Source: Dendrobates tinctorius (lineage: Eukaryota). From it: DNA of 64,000 nucleotides. The translations under genes and the position numbers were made by a program. The notes beneath the pieces are model-generated. The model worked only from the letters and a program-made list of their open reading frames with translations, had not been told where the DNA came from and did no database searches. The DNA lies in contig NW_027361821.1 in assembly GCF_039654945.1 (NCBI RefSeq), forward strand, positions 19,654,001 through 19,718,000, read 5' to 3'. Numbering within the stretch: position 1 is the stretch's first letter; every line of letters starts with the position of its first letter. Positions 54,436-64,000 of this stretch are shown piece by piece.

Positions 54436-55279
54436 CTGTATTTTTCCGACCATAAGACGCACTTTTTTCCCCAAAAATTTTTTGGGGAAAGTAGGGGGTG
54501 CGTCTTATAGTCACAATACACGGTACTAACCTTCTGGCTGGTGCGCTGGTGGCAGTGGGCGGCGCTGTGCGGTGCGGTGGTGGCAGCGGGCTGTTCTCCG
54601 ATGCAGGGGCGGCGGCTCCGCCGGCACTTCTTCGCAGCCCGGAGGCCTCCGCACTTCCCTTGCTGGCCGCAGCCATGTTGCGGTGGCCTCCGGGAGCATG
54701 GACGCCGGGGAGATGGCCGCCGTCCGGGGACGGCGCATGCGCGGCTTCAAATCTCGTCCCGAGATCTCGGGGGACTAGATTCAAATCTCGGCAACGAGAT
54801 CTCGTCCCCTGAGATCTCGGGACGAGATCTGAAGCCGCGCATGCGCCGCCCCCGGACCGGCGGCCTTCTCCCCGGCGTCCATGCTACCGGAGGCCACCGC
54901 AACATGGCGGCGGCCAGCAAGGGAAGTGCGGGGGCCTCCGGGCTGCGAAGAAATGCCGGCGGAGCCGCCGCCCCTGCACCGGAGCACAGCCCACTGCCAC
55001 CATCGCAGAGCCCACCTGCCCCAGCCCAGCTGCCCCTACCCCTGCCCCAGCTGCCCCTACCCCAGCCGCCCCTACCCCAGCCCAGAGCCGCCACCGCACG
55101 AGCCTGGACCACTGAGTGACCCCTGTGACTACTTCTCCACCTGTGCCGGATCCCTTCCCAGGTAAGCTGAATTCGAACTGTAAGACGGACCCCCATTTGA
55201 CACTTTTTTCCCCTATTTTCCTTCTGAAAATTGGGGTGCGTCTTATGGTCCGGTGCGTCTTATAGTCCGAAAAATACGG
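54436..55279. mobile_element. GC/CpG-rich palindromic Tc2/pogo-like MITE
   Basis: TA|CTGTATTTTTCCGACCATAAGACGCAC...GTGCGTCTTATAGTCCGAAAAATACGG|TA; inner arms of about 200 bp mirrored around about 54780. Confidence 0.88.
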
Positions 55280-57392
55280 TATTTAGAGATGATCTGCAAA
55301 GAGGAGTGGACCAAAATGCCTCCTGACATGTACATAAATCAACTACAAAAAACTTCTCACTGCTGTGCTTGCCAACAAGGGTTTTGCCACCAAGTATTAA
55401 GTCTTGTTTGTCCGAGGGATTAAATACTTATTTCTCACTGCAAAATGCAAATAAATGTATATAATTTATACAATGTGATTTTCTGGATTTTATTTTTGAT
55501 ATTCTCTCTCTCAATGTTAAAATTAACCTACCCTTAAAATTATAGACTGTTCATGTCTTTGTCAGTGGGCAAACTTACAAAATCAGCAAGGAATCAGATA
55601 CTTATTTCCTTCACTGTACCCAGTGAAAAAACAATGAAATGTGGGAAAAACTTTACAGACTGTCAATCTAAAGTAACAATCAGGGTCGTTATGTAATTTT
55701 ACAGCCCTAGGGACGCTAGGCGGCCCCTCCACCTCCTGATGCATTGTTTGCATGGGTATCTATTTTGGACATGGGCTGCACATTAATAGAGAATTCCAAT
55801 GACAGCTGCTTTTTATCTGGGAAGATGGCCAGAGCTCACACCACACTCACTATCAAATGTTATAGGAATGTTTATAAACTGATCAGAATGAGGAGATATC
55901 ACTGCACCTCAGCATAGCGCTGCCCTCCAGGATTCACTTCATCACACTTGTTATAGTACCCATCGTTTTATGTTTTATGATATAAAAAGTTCCGTGGCAT
56001 GTGAAAACAACTCACAAGGAACGTGTCTCGTATGCCAGCTGCTCTTACCAAACGCTTCTTTGAAACGCAGGAATTCTAACCTTTAGTACTTGAGGATGGT
56101 ATGCAAGATAGGAATTTGTATTGCAACTAGATCCATCTAAGATTTACAAATCACAGCCACATCAGCTACTAGGCAGTCACACAACAGCCTGAGCACAAAG
56201 CGTGATGTGACTGCTACCATGGTCCCATTTTTATCTACAAGCTGGGGGTCACATGAGATTATAAAAAAAAATAAAATTGGTCTGATTTTCATCCAGAAAA
56301 AAAAAGTCAGACGATTTCTTATGTCATCTGTACTGTCCATTTATCTTTGTTGTTTTTTTAACTTCTTAATCATTTACAGGACCTCACAGTTTCCTGTTAC
56401 AGATTTGCAATGTATCCAGAAAAATCAGATACCATACTAATCGTCCCTACAGCATCGATTTTTTTCTTGCATTCATCTGATTCCGGAGTGATATCGCAGC
56501 ATGCAATATTTTTTTTTTCCTCACTTGAATAGAGTTGAGAAAATATACGTAGATCTGCACTGTCTCATTGAATAACATTGGTCTGAGAGCAATACCTTTT
56601 CTTATTGGGTTGCACTCAGGTGAGCGAGACCATAGATGACCACTACTTGCTATAGGGAATATATCAGTAGGATCAACCCTCCTAAGCCATCTATTTGGGC
56701 ATGGGAAGCTGAATAAAATGATACATTGATATCTACCTATGAGCAGATGTCTTATTCAAGAGAAAAATAAACAACATTTTTCTTAATTTGTAATTGAGCA
56801 GTTGAGATCTATGGGCCAGACATAGATCTCCCTGAGAATCTGACTCCAAAGATTATTGTAAATGAAAGGGGGCATTACAAGTGCGAGACATGTAATGACT
56901 GACCGTCTGCTCTCCGATCTACATGTCTCACAGTGGTAACGCCCCTTTGACACACGTGTCTCCTGGCAGTGAACAGTGCCTATCTGCAGGATTGACTGCA
57001 GCTTTTCGATAATTCATGAGATAGGACGTATGTCCCAGGAGGAAGAGTATTGTTTGTTTTATATCGGAGGGGGGAGATTTAAATTTTACATGGAAACTTC
57101 TAGTTCTTAAGAGGGGGTTATTCAATTCATCTTGGCATCTTTCCATTGCTTTCTGCCAGCAAGGCCAGCACAGTTTGCAGCGCTATACCTGCAATGACAG
57201 CACTGGAGAAAAAGCTGACCAAAAGCTACAAACTACGGGATCTTTTAGAATCGGAGAATGACTGTCATAAGTGATGGCTTTTGGAAAAAGCAGAAAAAGC
57301 AAACACTCATACATCAGATGAAATCCAGCCAACAATCTTTCATTCCCACCACTACAAGGCGTCCTGTCAGCAGCCTATTGACAGCTGTGTAA

Positions 57393-58284
57393 GGCTGAGT
57401 TCACACGTGGCTTTTTTTTGCGTTTCCGCGGCGGTTTTAACCGCGCGATTTTGCCGCGAAAATTAAGCATCCCACGCATTCCTATGGGATTCCGCAATGC
57501 TGTGCTAATGCTGCGGTTTTTACCGCGGCGGAATCGCTTCGCGGTAAAAACCGCAGCATGCTCATTAATTTGCGGAATCGCGGCGATCCCGCACCCATAG
57601 GAACGCATTGTTCCGCTTACTTCCCGCATGTGGCTGTGCCCACCATGCTGAAAGTAAGCAGAACAATTGCGGATGGTACCCACGGTCCAGAGGAGAGGAG
57701 ACTGTCCTCTGGGCTTTGGGTACCATATCCCTGTAAAAAATAGAATTTAAAAATAAAAAATATTGTATTCTCACCCTCCGACGTCCCGCGCAGCCTTCCC
57801 GCTTCTCTCCACGCTCTCGTTCCCAGTAATCCTTTGCGAAAATGCCCGCAATGGCGTCCGTTCTCGCGGGATCGCGAAGTCGCGCGACGTCATCGCGAAT
57901 AACCGCGAGACGTCGCGATCCCGCGAGAACGGACGTCATCGCAGGCATTTTCGCAAAGGATTACTGGGAACGCCTGCGCGGGACGTCGGAAGGTAAGAAT
58001 AACACCGTTTTTTATTTTTTTTTTTTTACATTCCATCTTTTACTACTGATGCCGCATAGGCAGCCTCAATAGTAAAAAGTTGGTCACACTTGTCAAACAC
58101 TATGTTTGACGAGTGTGACCAACCTGTCAATCAGTTCTCCAAGCGATGCTACAGATCGCTTGCAAAATGCTAGTTTTTCCGCAGGAAAAATCGCAGGAAT
58201 TTAAGATGCGATTTTCCCGCGGACTGGAATTCTGGAATTCTCGCGGTAATTTCCGCGAGAGTTCCGGTACGTGTGCACATAGCC
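57393..58284. mobile_element. Composite Harbinger-like MITE with CpG-rich inner hairpin
   Basis: TAA|GGCTGAGTTCACACGT...ACGTGTGCACATAGCC|TAA. Confidence 0.88.
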
Positions 58285-58572
58285 TAAAAGTATATCGACA
58301 GATATTTACCGAGCAAATCGTTCTCTCAGAGGATTGCGCTTATCAACTGCAAATACTGATGCAATTTGGCATCTATCATCTGGTCAGGAATGTGGACCCA
58401 AAGCACTAGCCAGACATCAGATTTACAGGACTGCTAACCTTGCCCCTTTCCTAACTTACCAATCTGTCTGGCAAGAGTGCACAATGCTGCGGTCAGTGTG
58501 ACAAGAGGAGGAGAAGTAGAGCAAACATTTGTCTGTGTACAGGCCCTGAAATGTCTGGTAGTAACCCATGGC

Positions 58573-58824
58573 GATACTTCTTGAAGCTCATCAAGAGAAT
58601 GCCAAGAGTGTACAAAGCAGTAATCAAAGCAAAAGGTGGCTACTTTGAAGAACCTAGAATATAAGACATATTTTCAGTTGTTTCACACTTTTGTTAATTA
58701 TATAATTACACATGTGTTAATTCATTGTTTTGATGCCTTCAGAGTGAATCTACAATTTTCATAGTGATGAAAATAAAGAAGACTCTTTGAATGAGAAGGT
58801 GTGTCCAAACTTTTGGTCTGTAAT
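58573..58824 (+). mobile_element. Tc1-like element 3' fragment
   Basis: YFLKLIKRMPRVYKAVIKAKGGYFEEPRI* followed by the terminus GGTGTGTCCAAACTTTTGGTCTGTA. Confidence 0.8.
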
Positions 58825-58929
58825 ATACATAAAGATACCAAATTAAATTTTTGGTGAAGAATCAACTGATACAGACATATATAGACATATATTTCTCTGT
58901 GTATATATGTATTCTTTCGATTCATGTCA

Positions 58930-59830
58930 GTGCGATTTTACTGTACAGCGCACTGAATTGCCGGCTTTTAAAGAAAACGGATCCGTAAAAAAAACCCATA
59001 AGAAACGGATGAAAAAACTGATGCGACAGATCCGGTGAAAAACAGATCCGTCACATCAGTTTTTCACAATCTGCGACAGCTCTGTCGATCCGACGAATTG
59101 TGACCGAGATGAAAAGTGTGAAAGTACCCTAAGGCTATGTCCACATGGTCAGCAACCGGCAGCGCTTTGAACGCAGCACATGTCAGCATGTCTTCATTGA
59201 ACCGTGCGGAATCACCGCGTCTTATACATTGCACTGGTGATATATCTTGCACAGACTGAGCGCCTCCGCTACATAAATTGACATGCTGCGGCATGGAAAG
59301 ACGCAACGCATGTCCATCTCCACAGGGATGCTGGAGGAGTCTCTGGACGCTTAGTGGGCAGGGGATTTCTTGAAATCCCCTCCACTATGCTGTAACATCT
59401 GGACGCTGTGGGTTGGATGAACGCTGCGGATGTATGCAGTGTCCAATCCGCAGCACTTACTGACCGTGGGAACATACCCTTATGTAAACTAACAGACCAA
59501 ATTCACCTCCCCTCGCTGTTGGTACATTTGTAAGGCTATGTACCCACGTATGCAGAAAAAAAAAAATGGACTCCTTCCCAGGAAAAACGTGTTTTTCCTT
59601 TTTTTTACAGGAGCATCCTCCTGCTCATAGAATATAGCTAGAAATGCGGATTTTTCTGCGAAATTAATGAGCATGCTGCATTATTTACCGCGATGCCTTT
59701 TTTTGCGGAAAAAAAACGCATCAATGTGCACAAAAAGTGTGGAATTAAAATGAATGGGATGCTTCTTGTAAGCATTTAAGCGTTTTTGCCGGTAAAAACG
59801 CTTAAAAAACGCTTACGTGGGTAAACAGGC
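58930..59830. mobile_element. Cluster of three Harbinger-like MITEs (partial copy ending 59129; 59133-59479; 59534-59830)
   Basis: GGCTATGTCCACATGGTCAG / CTGACCGTGGGAACATACCC and GGCTATGTACCCACGT / ACGTGGGTAAACAGGC termini with TWA flanks. Confidence 0.8.
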
Positions 59831-59957
59831 TAATTAGGTATTTGTCATTAACTTTTGTTCAGAATAGTCACTTCTCAGACAAAAATCTTTTTCCACCAAG
59901 TAGTTTAATTAATTTGCCCTTTTCCCCAAAAAAAAAAATGTTCTATGGTGTCACATA

Positions 59958-61578
59958 CAGTGGGGCAAAAAAGTATTTAGTCAGTCAGCAATAGTGCAAG
60001 TTCCACCACTTAAAGAGATGAGAGGCGTCTGTAATTTACATCATAGGTAGACCTCAACTATGGGAGACAAACTGAGAAAAAAAAAATCCAGAAAATCACA
60101 TTGTCTGTTTTTTTTTCATTTTATTTGCATATTATGGTGGAAAATAAGTATTTGGTCAGAAACAAGCAATCAAGATTTCTGGCTCTCACAGACCTGTAAC
60201 TTCTTCTTTAAGAGTCTCCTCTTTCCTCCACTCATTACCTGTAGTAATGGCACCTGTTTAAACTTATCAGTATAAAAAGACACCTGTGCACACCCTCAAA
60301 CAGTCTGACTCCAAACTCCACTATGGTGAAGACCAAAGAGCTGTCAAAGGACACCAGAAACAAAATTGTAGCCCTGCACCAGGCTGGGAAGACTGAATCT
60401 GCAATAGCCAACCAGCTTGGAGTGAAGAAATCAACTGTGGGAGCAATAATTAGAAAATGGAAGACATACAAGACCACTGATAATCTCCCTCGATCTGGTG
60501 CTCCACGCAAAATCCCACCCCGTGGGGTCAGAATGATCACAAGAACGGTGAGCAAAAATCCCAGAACCACGCGGGGGGACCTAGTGAATGAACTGCAGAG
60601 AGCTGGGACCAATGTAACAAGGCCTACCATAAGTAACACACTACGCCACCATGGACTCAGATCCTGCAGTGCCAGACGTGTCCCACTGCTTAAGCCTGTA
60701 CATGTCCGGGCCCGTCTGAAGTTTGCTAGAGAGCATTTGGATGATCCAGAGGAGTTTTGGGAGAATGTCCTATGGTCTGATGAAACCAAACTGGAACTGT
60801 TTGGTAGAAACACAACTTGTCGTGTTTGGAGGAAAAAGAATACTGAGTTGCATCCATCAAACACCATACCTACTGTAAAGCATGGTGGTGGAAACATTAT
60901 GCTTTGGGGCCGTTTCTCTGCAAAGGGGCCAGGACGACTGATCCGGGTACATGAAAGAATGAATGGGGCCATGTATCGTGAGATTTTGAGTGCAAACCTC
61001 CTTCCATCAGCAAGGGCATTGAAGATGAAACGTGGCTGGGTCTTTCAACATGACAATGATCCAAAGCACACCGCCAGGGCAACGAAGGAGTGGCTTCGTA
61101 AGAAGCATTTCAAGGTCCTGGAGTGGCCTAGCCAGTCTCCAGATCTCAACCCTATAGAAAACCTTTGGAGGGAGTTGAAAGTCCGTGTTGCCAAGCGAAA
61201 AGCCAAAAACATCACTGCTCTAGAGGAGATCTGCATGGAGGAATGGGCCAACATACCAACAACAGTGTGTGGCAACCTTGTGAAGACTTACAGAAAACGT
61301 TTGACCTCTGTCATTGCCAACAAAGGGTATATCACAAAGTATTGAGATGAAATTTTGTTTCTGACCAAATACTTATTTTCCACCATAATATGGAAATAAA
61401 ATGAAAAAAACAAAACAAAAAAAAAAAAACAGACAATGTGATTTTCTGGATTTTTTTTTCTCAGTTTGTCTCCCATAGTTGAGGTCTACCTATGATGTAA
61501 ATTACAGACGCCTCTCATCTTTTTAAGTGGTGGAACTTGCACTATTGCTGACTGACTAAATACTTTTTTGCCCCACTG
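59958..61578 (+). mobile_element. Full-length, apparently intact Tc1 transposon (IR/DR type, 1621 bp)
   Basis: TA TSD (59956-57, 61579-80); near-identical TIRs of about 205 bp starting CAGTGGGGCAAAAAAGTATTTAGTCAG; inner repeat AAATAAGTATTTGGTCAG. Confidence 0.97.
60323..61345 (+). CDS. Tc1 DD34E transposase, 340 aa, uninterrupted
   Basis: Paired-like HTH N-terminus, GAPRK linker, WSDETK, HDNDPKH and SPDLNPIE with 34 residues between the second D and the E. Confidence 0.96.
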   Translation: MVKTKELSKDTRNKIVALHQAGKTESAIANQLGVKKSTVGAIIRKWKTYKTTDNLPRSGAPRKIPPRGVRMITRTVSKNPRTTRGDLVNELQRAGTNVTRPTISNTLRHHGLRSCSARRVPLLKPVHVRARLKFAREHLDDPEEFWENVLWSDETKLELFGRNTTCRVWRKKNTELHPSNTIPTVKHGGGNIMLWGRFSAKGPGRLIRVHERMNGAMYREILSANLLPSARALKMKRGWVFQHDNDPKHTARATKEWLRKKHFKVLEWPSQSPDLNPIENLWRELKVRVAKRKAKNITALEEICMEEWANIPTTVCGNLVKTYRKRLTSVIANKGYITKY

Positions 61579-62634
61579 TACATTTTGCATCAGTGACCGA
61601 ACACCTTGCACTGTTCATGCTTGTACGGTGGAAGCCAAGCTGAACTTTGGGATCATGAAAAACACAGCAAAAAAAAAAAAAAAGAAAAAAAAACAAAACT
61701 TGTGAACATCCCGGTTTCCTTTTTGAATGTAATCAGTAACAGACGTGTCTTTTGATGTCTTAGTGTCACAGTGATTATACAATCCCAAGCATGGCGAGCT
61801 GGAAAATCTTCAGAGTTTGTGTCAACCGCAAGCACACGAGCACATCAGGAGGCGCTCCTCCACAAACCACCACCACTACTAACCACTTACCGGACTTCCT
61901 GGCTGTATAAAGTAGGGCTGATTTACATATTAATGTGTAGTGCTCAATTTTCTAAGCCATTTGATTGTGCCTTCCACTAGGAGGAAGGCTCCTCTGTACA
62001 AAACACGCGCAGTTACAGGAAGTATCCGCCATGGTCTAATGGCTATAAAAATAGGTTTTAATGGAAAATTATGCAATTGCGAGATCTGATTAACATTCCC
62101 AGGAACAGCGATGGCCGGGAGTAAAAATACTGTAAAGGTTATGAATGTCCGGATGAAATATATTCTGCAAATATTCTCCGGGCGCTAAAGGGAAACCGGA
62201 ATAACTATCCATTATAGAGCCTTCTAGGAGGAATAACCATATAGCCTTATGGGTCATGTGGGGCATGTCACCTGCACCTATAGGTTTTATTAACACGACC
62301 ATCTGCCACCAATGGAGAAAAAGAAAAAAAAAAAAAAAACTCATTGGGACTGTATAGCCCCATTATACATGGCTGTCAAAGGGAGTTAATTTCCTTGAGC
62401 TGCTTGATCCAAGACCTAGTTGATAAAAGTTTGCTAGCAAACAGTTGTAAAGTCCATTTCTCCATATGTATTTAAGGTGGACAAACCATATACTTTTATA
62501 GTAAGCATACAGGACTGGGGTAAAAAAAAAAAAAAAAAAAATTAACATAATTTCAGGTTGTATGTAGATAGCAGATCTGCAATGTGTGCAATATGGCCAA
62601 ATAGGAAATCATCATTTGTATAAAGACAAATGAT

Positions 62635-64000
62635 GATCGCATCATCCCGGCCTCCGCTCCAGGCCACGCCATGTAAGATCGCATCATCCCGGCCTCCGCT
62701 CCAGGCCACACCATGTAAGATCGCATCATCCCGGCCTCCGCTCCAGGCCACGCCATGTAAGATCGCATCATCCCGGCCTCCGCTCCAGGCCACGCCATGT
62801 AAGATCGCATCATCCCGGCCTCCGCTCCAGGCCACGCCATGTAAGATCGCATCATCCCGGCCTCCGCTCCAGGCCACGCCATGCAAGATCGCATCATCCC
62901 GGCCTCCGCTCCAGGCCACGCCATGTAAGATCGCATCATCCCGGCCTCCGCTCCAGGCCACGCCATGTAAGATCGCATCATCCCGGCCTCCGCTCCAGGC
63001 CACGCCATGTAAGATCGCATCATCCCGGCCTCCGCTCCAGGCCACGCCATGTAAGATCGCATCATCCCGGCCTCCGCTCCAGGCCACGCCATGTAAGATC
63101 GCATCATCCCGGCCTCCGCTCCAGGCCACGCCATGCAAGATCGCATCATCCCGGCCTCCGCTCCAGGCCACGCCATGTAAGATCGCATCATCCCGGCCTC
63201 CGCTCCAGGCCACGCCATGTAAGATCGCATCATCCCGGCCTCCGCTCCAGGCCACGCCATGCAAGATCGCATCATCCCGGCCTCCGCTCCAGGCCACGCC
63301 ATGTAAGATCGCATCATCCCGGCCTCCGCTCCAAGCCACGCCATGTAAGATCGCATCATCCCGGCCTCCGCTCCAGGCCACGCCATGTAAGATCGCATCA
63401 TCCCGGCCTCCGCTCCAGGCCACGCCATGTAAGATCGCATCATCCCGGCCTCCGCTCCAGGCCACGCCATGCAAGATCGCATCATCCCGGCCTCCGCTCC
63501 AGGCCACGCCATGTAAGATCGCATCATCCCGGCCTCCGCTCCAGGCCACGCCATGTAAGATCGCATCATCCCGGCCTCCGCTCCAGGCCACGCCATGCAA
63601 GATCGCATCATCCCGGCCTCCGCTCCAGGCCACGCCATGTAAGATCGCATCATCCCGGCCTCCGCTCCAGGCCACGCCATGTAAGATCGCATCATCCCGG
63701 CCTCCGCTCCAGGCCACGCCATGTAAGATCGCATCATCCCGGCCTCCGCTCCAGGCCACGCCATGCAAGATCGCATCATCCCGGCCTCCGCTCCAGGCCA
63801 CGCCATGTAAGATCGCATCATCCCGGCCTCCGCTCCAGGCCACGCCATGTAAGATCGCATCATCCCGGCCTCCGCTCCAGGCCACGCCATGCAAGATCGC
63901 ATCATCCCGGCCTCCGCTCCAGGCCACGCTATGTAAGATCGCATCATCCCGGCCTCCGCTCCAGGCCACGCCATGTAAGATCGTATCATCCCGGCCTCCG
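62635..64000. repeat. 42-bp GC-rich minisatellite, at least 32 copies, continuing beyond the window
   Basis: Unit ATG(T/C)AAGATCGCATCATCCCGGCCTCCGCTCCAGGCCACGCC, head-to-tail with no spacers. Confidence 0.98.

Larger units (their letters stand above)
52781..55616 (+). mobile_element. Decayed full-length Tc1 element with three nested MITEs
   Basis: TA TSD; TIRs of about 190 bp starting CAGTGAGGGAAATAAGTATT with an inner direct repeat; broken transposase MGKTKEL (53117) ... [11 protein letters not shown] ... QDNDPKH ... ANKGFATKY. Confidence 0.93.

Noticed and set aside
54422-55196. Stack of Ala/Gly/Pro/Arg-rich ORFs, or the ACSL4 CpG-island promoter
   Set aside because: Lies wholly within a TA-flanked TIR element nested in a Tc1; ORFs arise from high GC content and palindromy.
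60235-60972. 245-aa antisense ORF
   Set aside because: Shadow ORF opposite the Tc1 transposase; no independent domain recognised.
62542-63989. 475-aa and 478-aa repeat ORFs as genes, or the array as CRISPR
   Set aside because: Pure 42-bp tandem repeat with no spacers and no cas genes, in vertebrate DNA; the unit is a multiple of 3 lacking stops in two frames.

Overview
Vertebrate genomic DNA, very probably an anuran (frog), judged from the transposon families present. The window holds the complete coding region of ACSL4 (long-chain acyl-CoA synthetase 4) on the minus strand. It has 14 coding exons from 33898 down to 4396, all GT-AG and phase-consistent, totalling 2133 nt (710 aa plus stop). 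A probable 3'UTR extends up to about 3.9 kb, to an AATAAA at 502-497, and there are candidate non-coding 5' exons near 36.5-37.1 kb. No convincing main promoter is in the window. The remainder is transposon-rich: an apparently intact 1621-bp DD34E Tc1 element (59958-61578); a decayed Tc1 with three nested MITEs; a decayed DIRS1 retrotransposon with nested insertions; CR1, L2 and L1-like fragments; many palindromic MITEs (TTAA/T2-like, TWA/Harbinger-like, hAT, piggyBac-like, Tc2-like); and a 42-bp minisatellite running off the right edge. There is no prokaryotic-type system and no CRISPR array. The most unusual pattern is that MITEs with different termini repeatedly carry symmetric, outward-facing 5' splice-site motifs, several followed 33-44 nt later by a U-rich tract and CAG. 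One such inner module is shared between two different MITE shells. Whether this is functional or already described cannot be decided from sequence alone.
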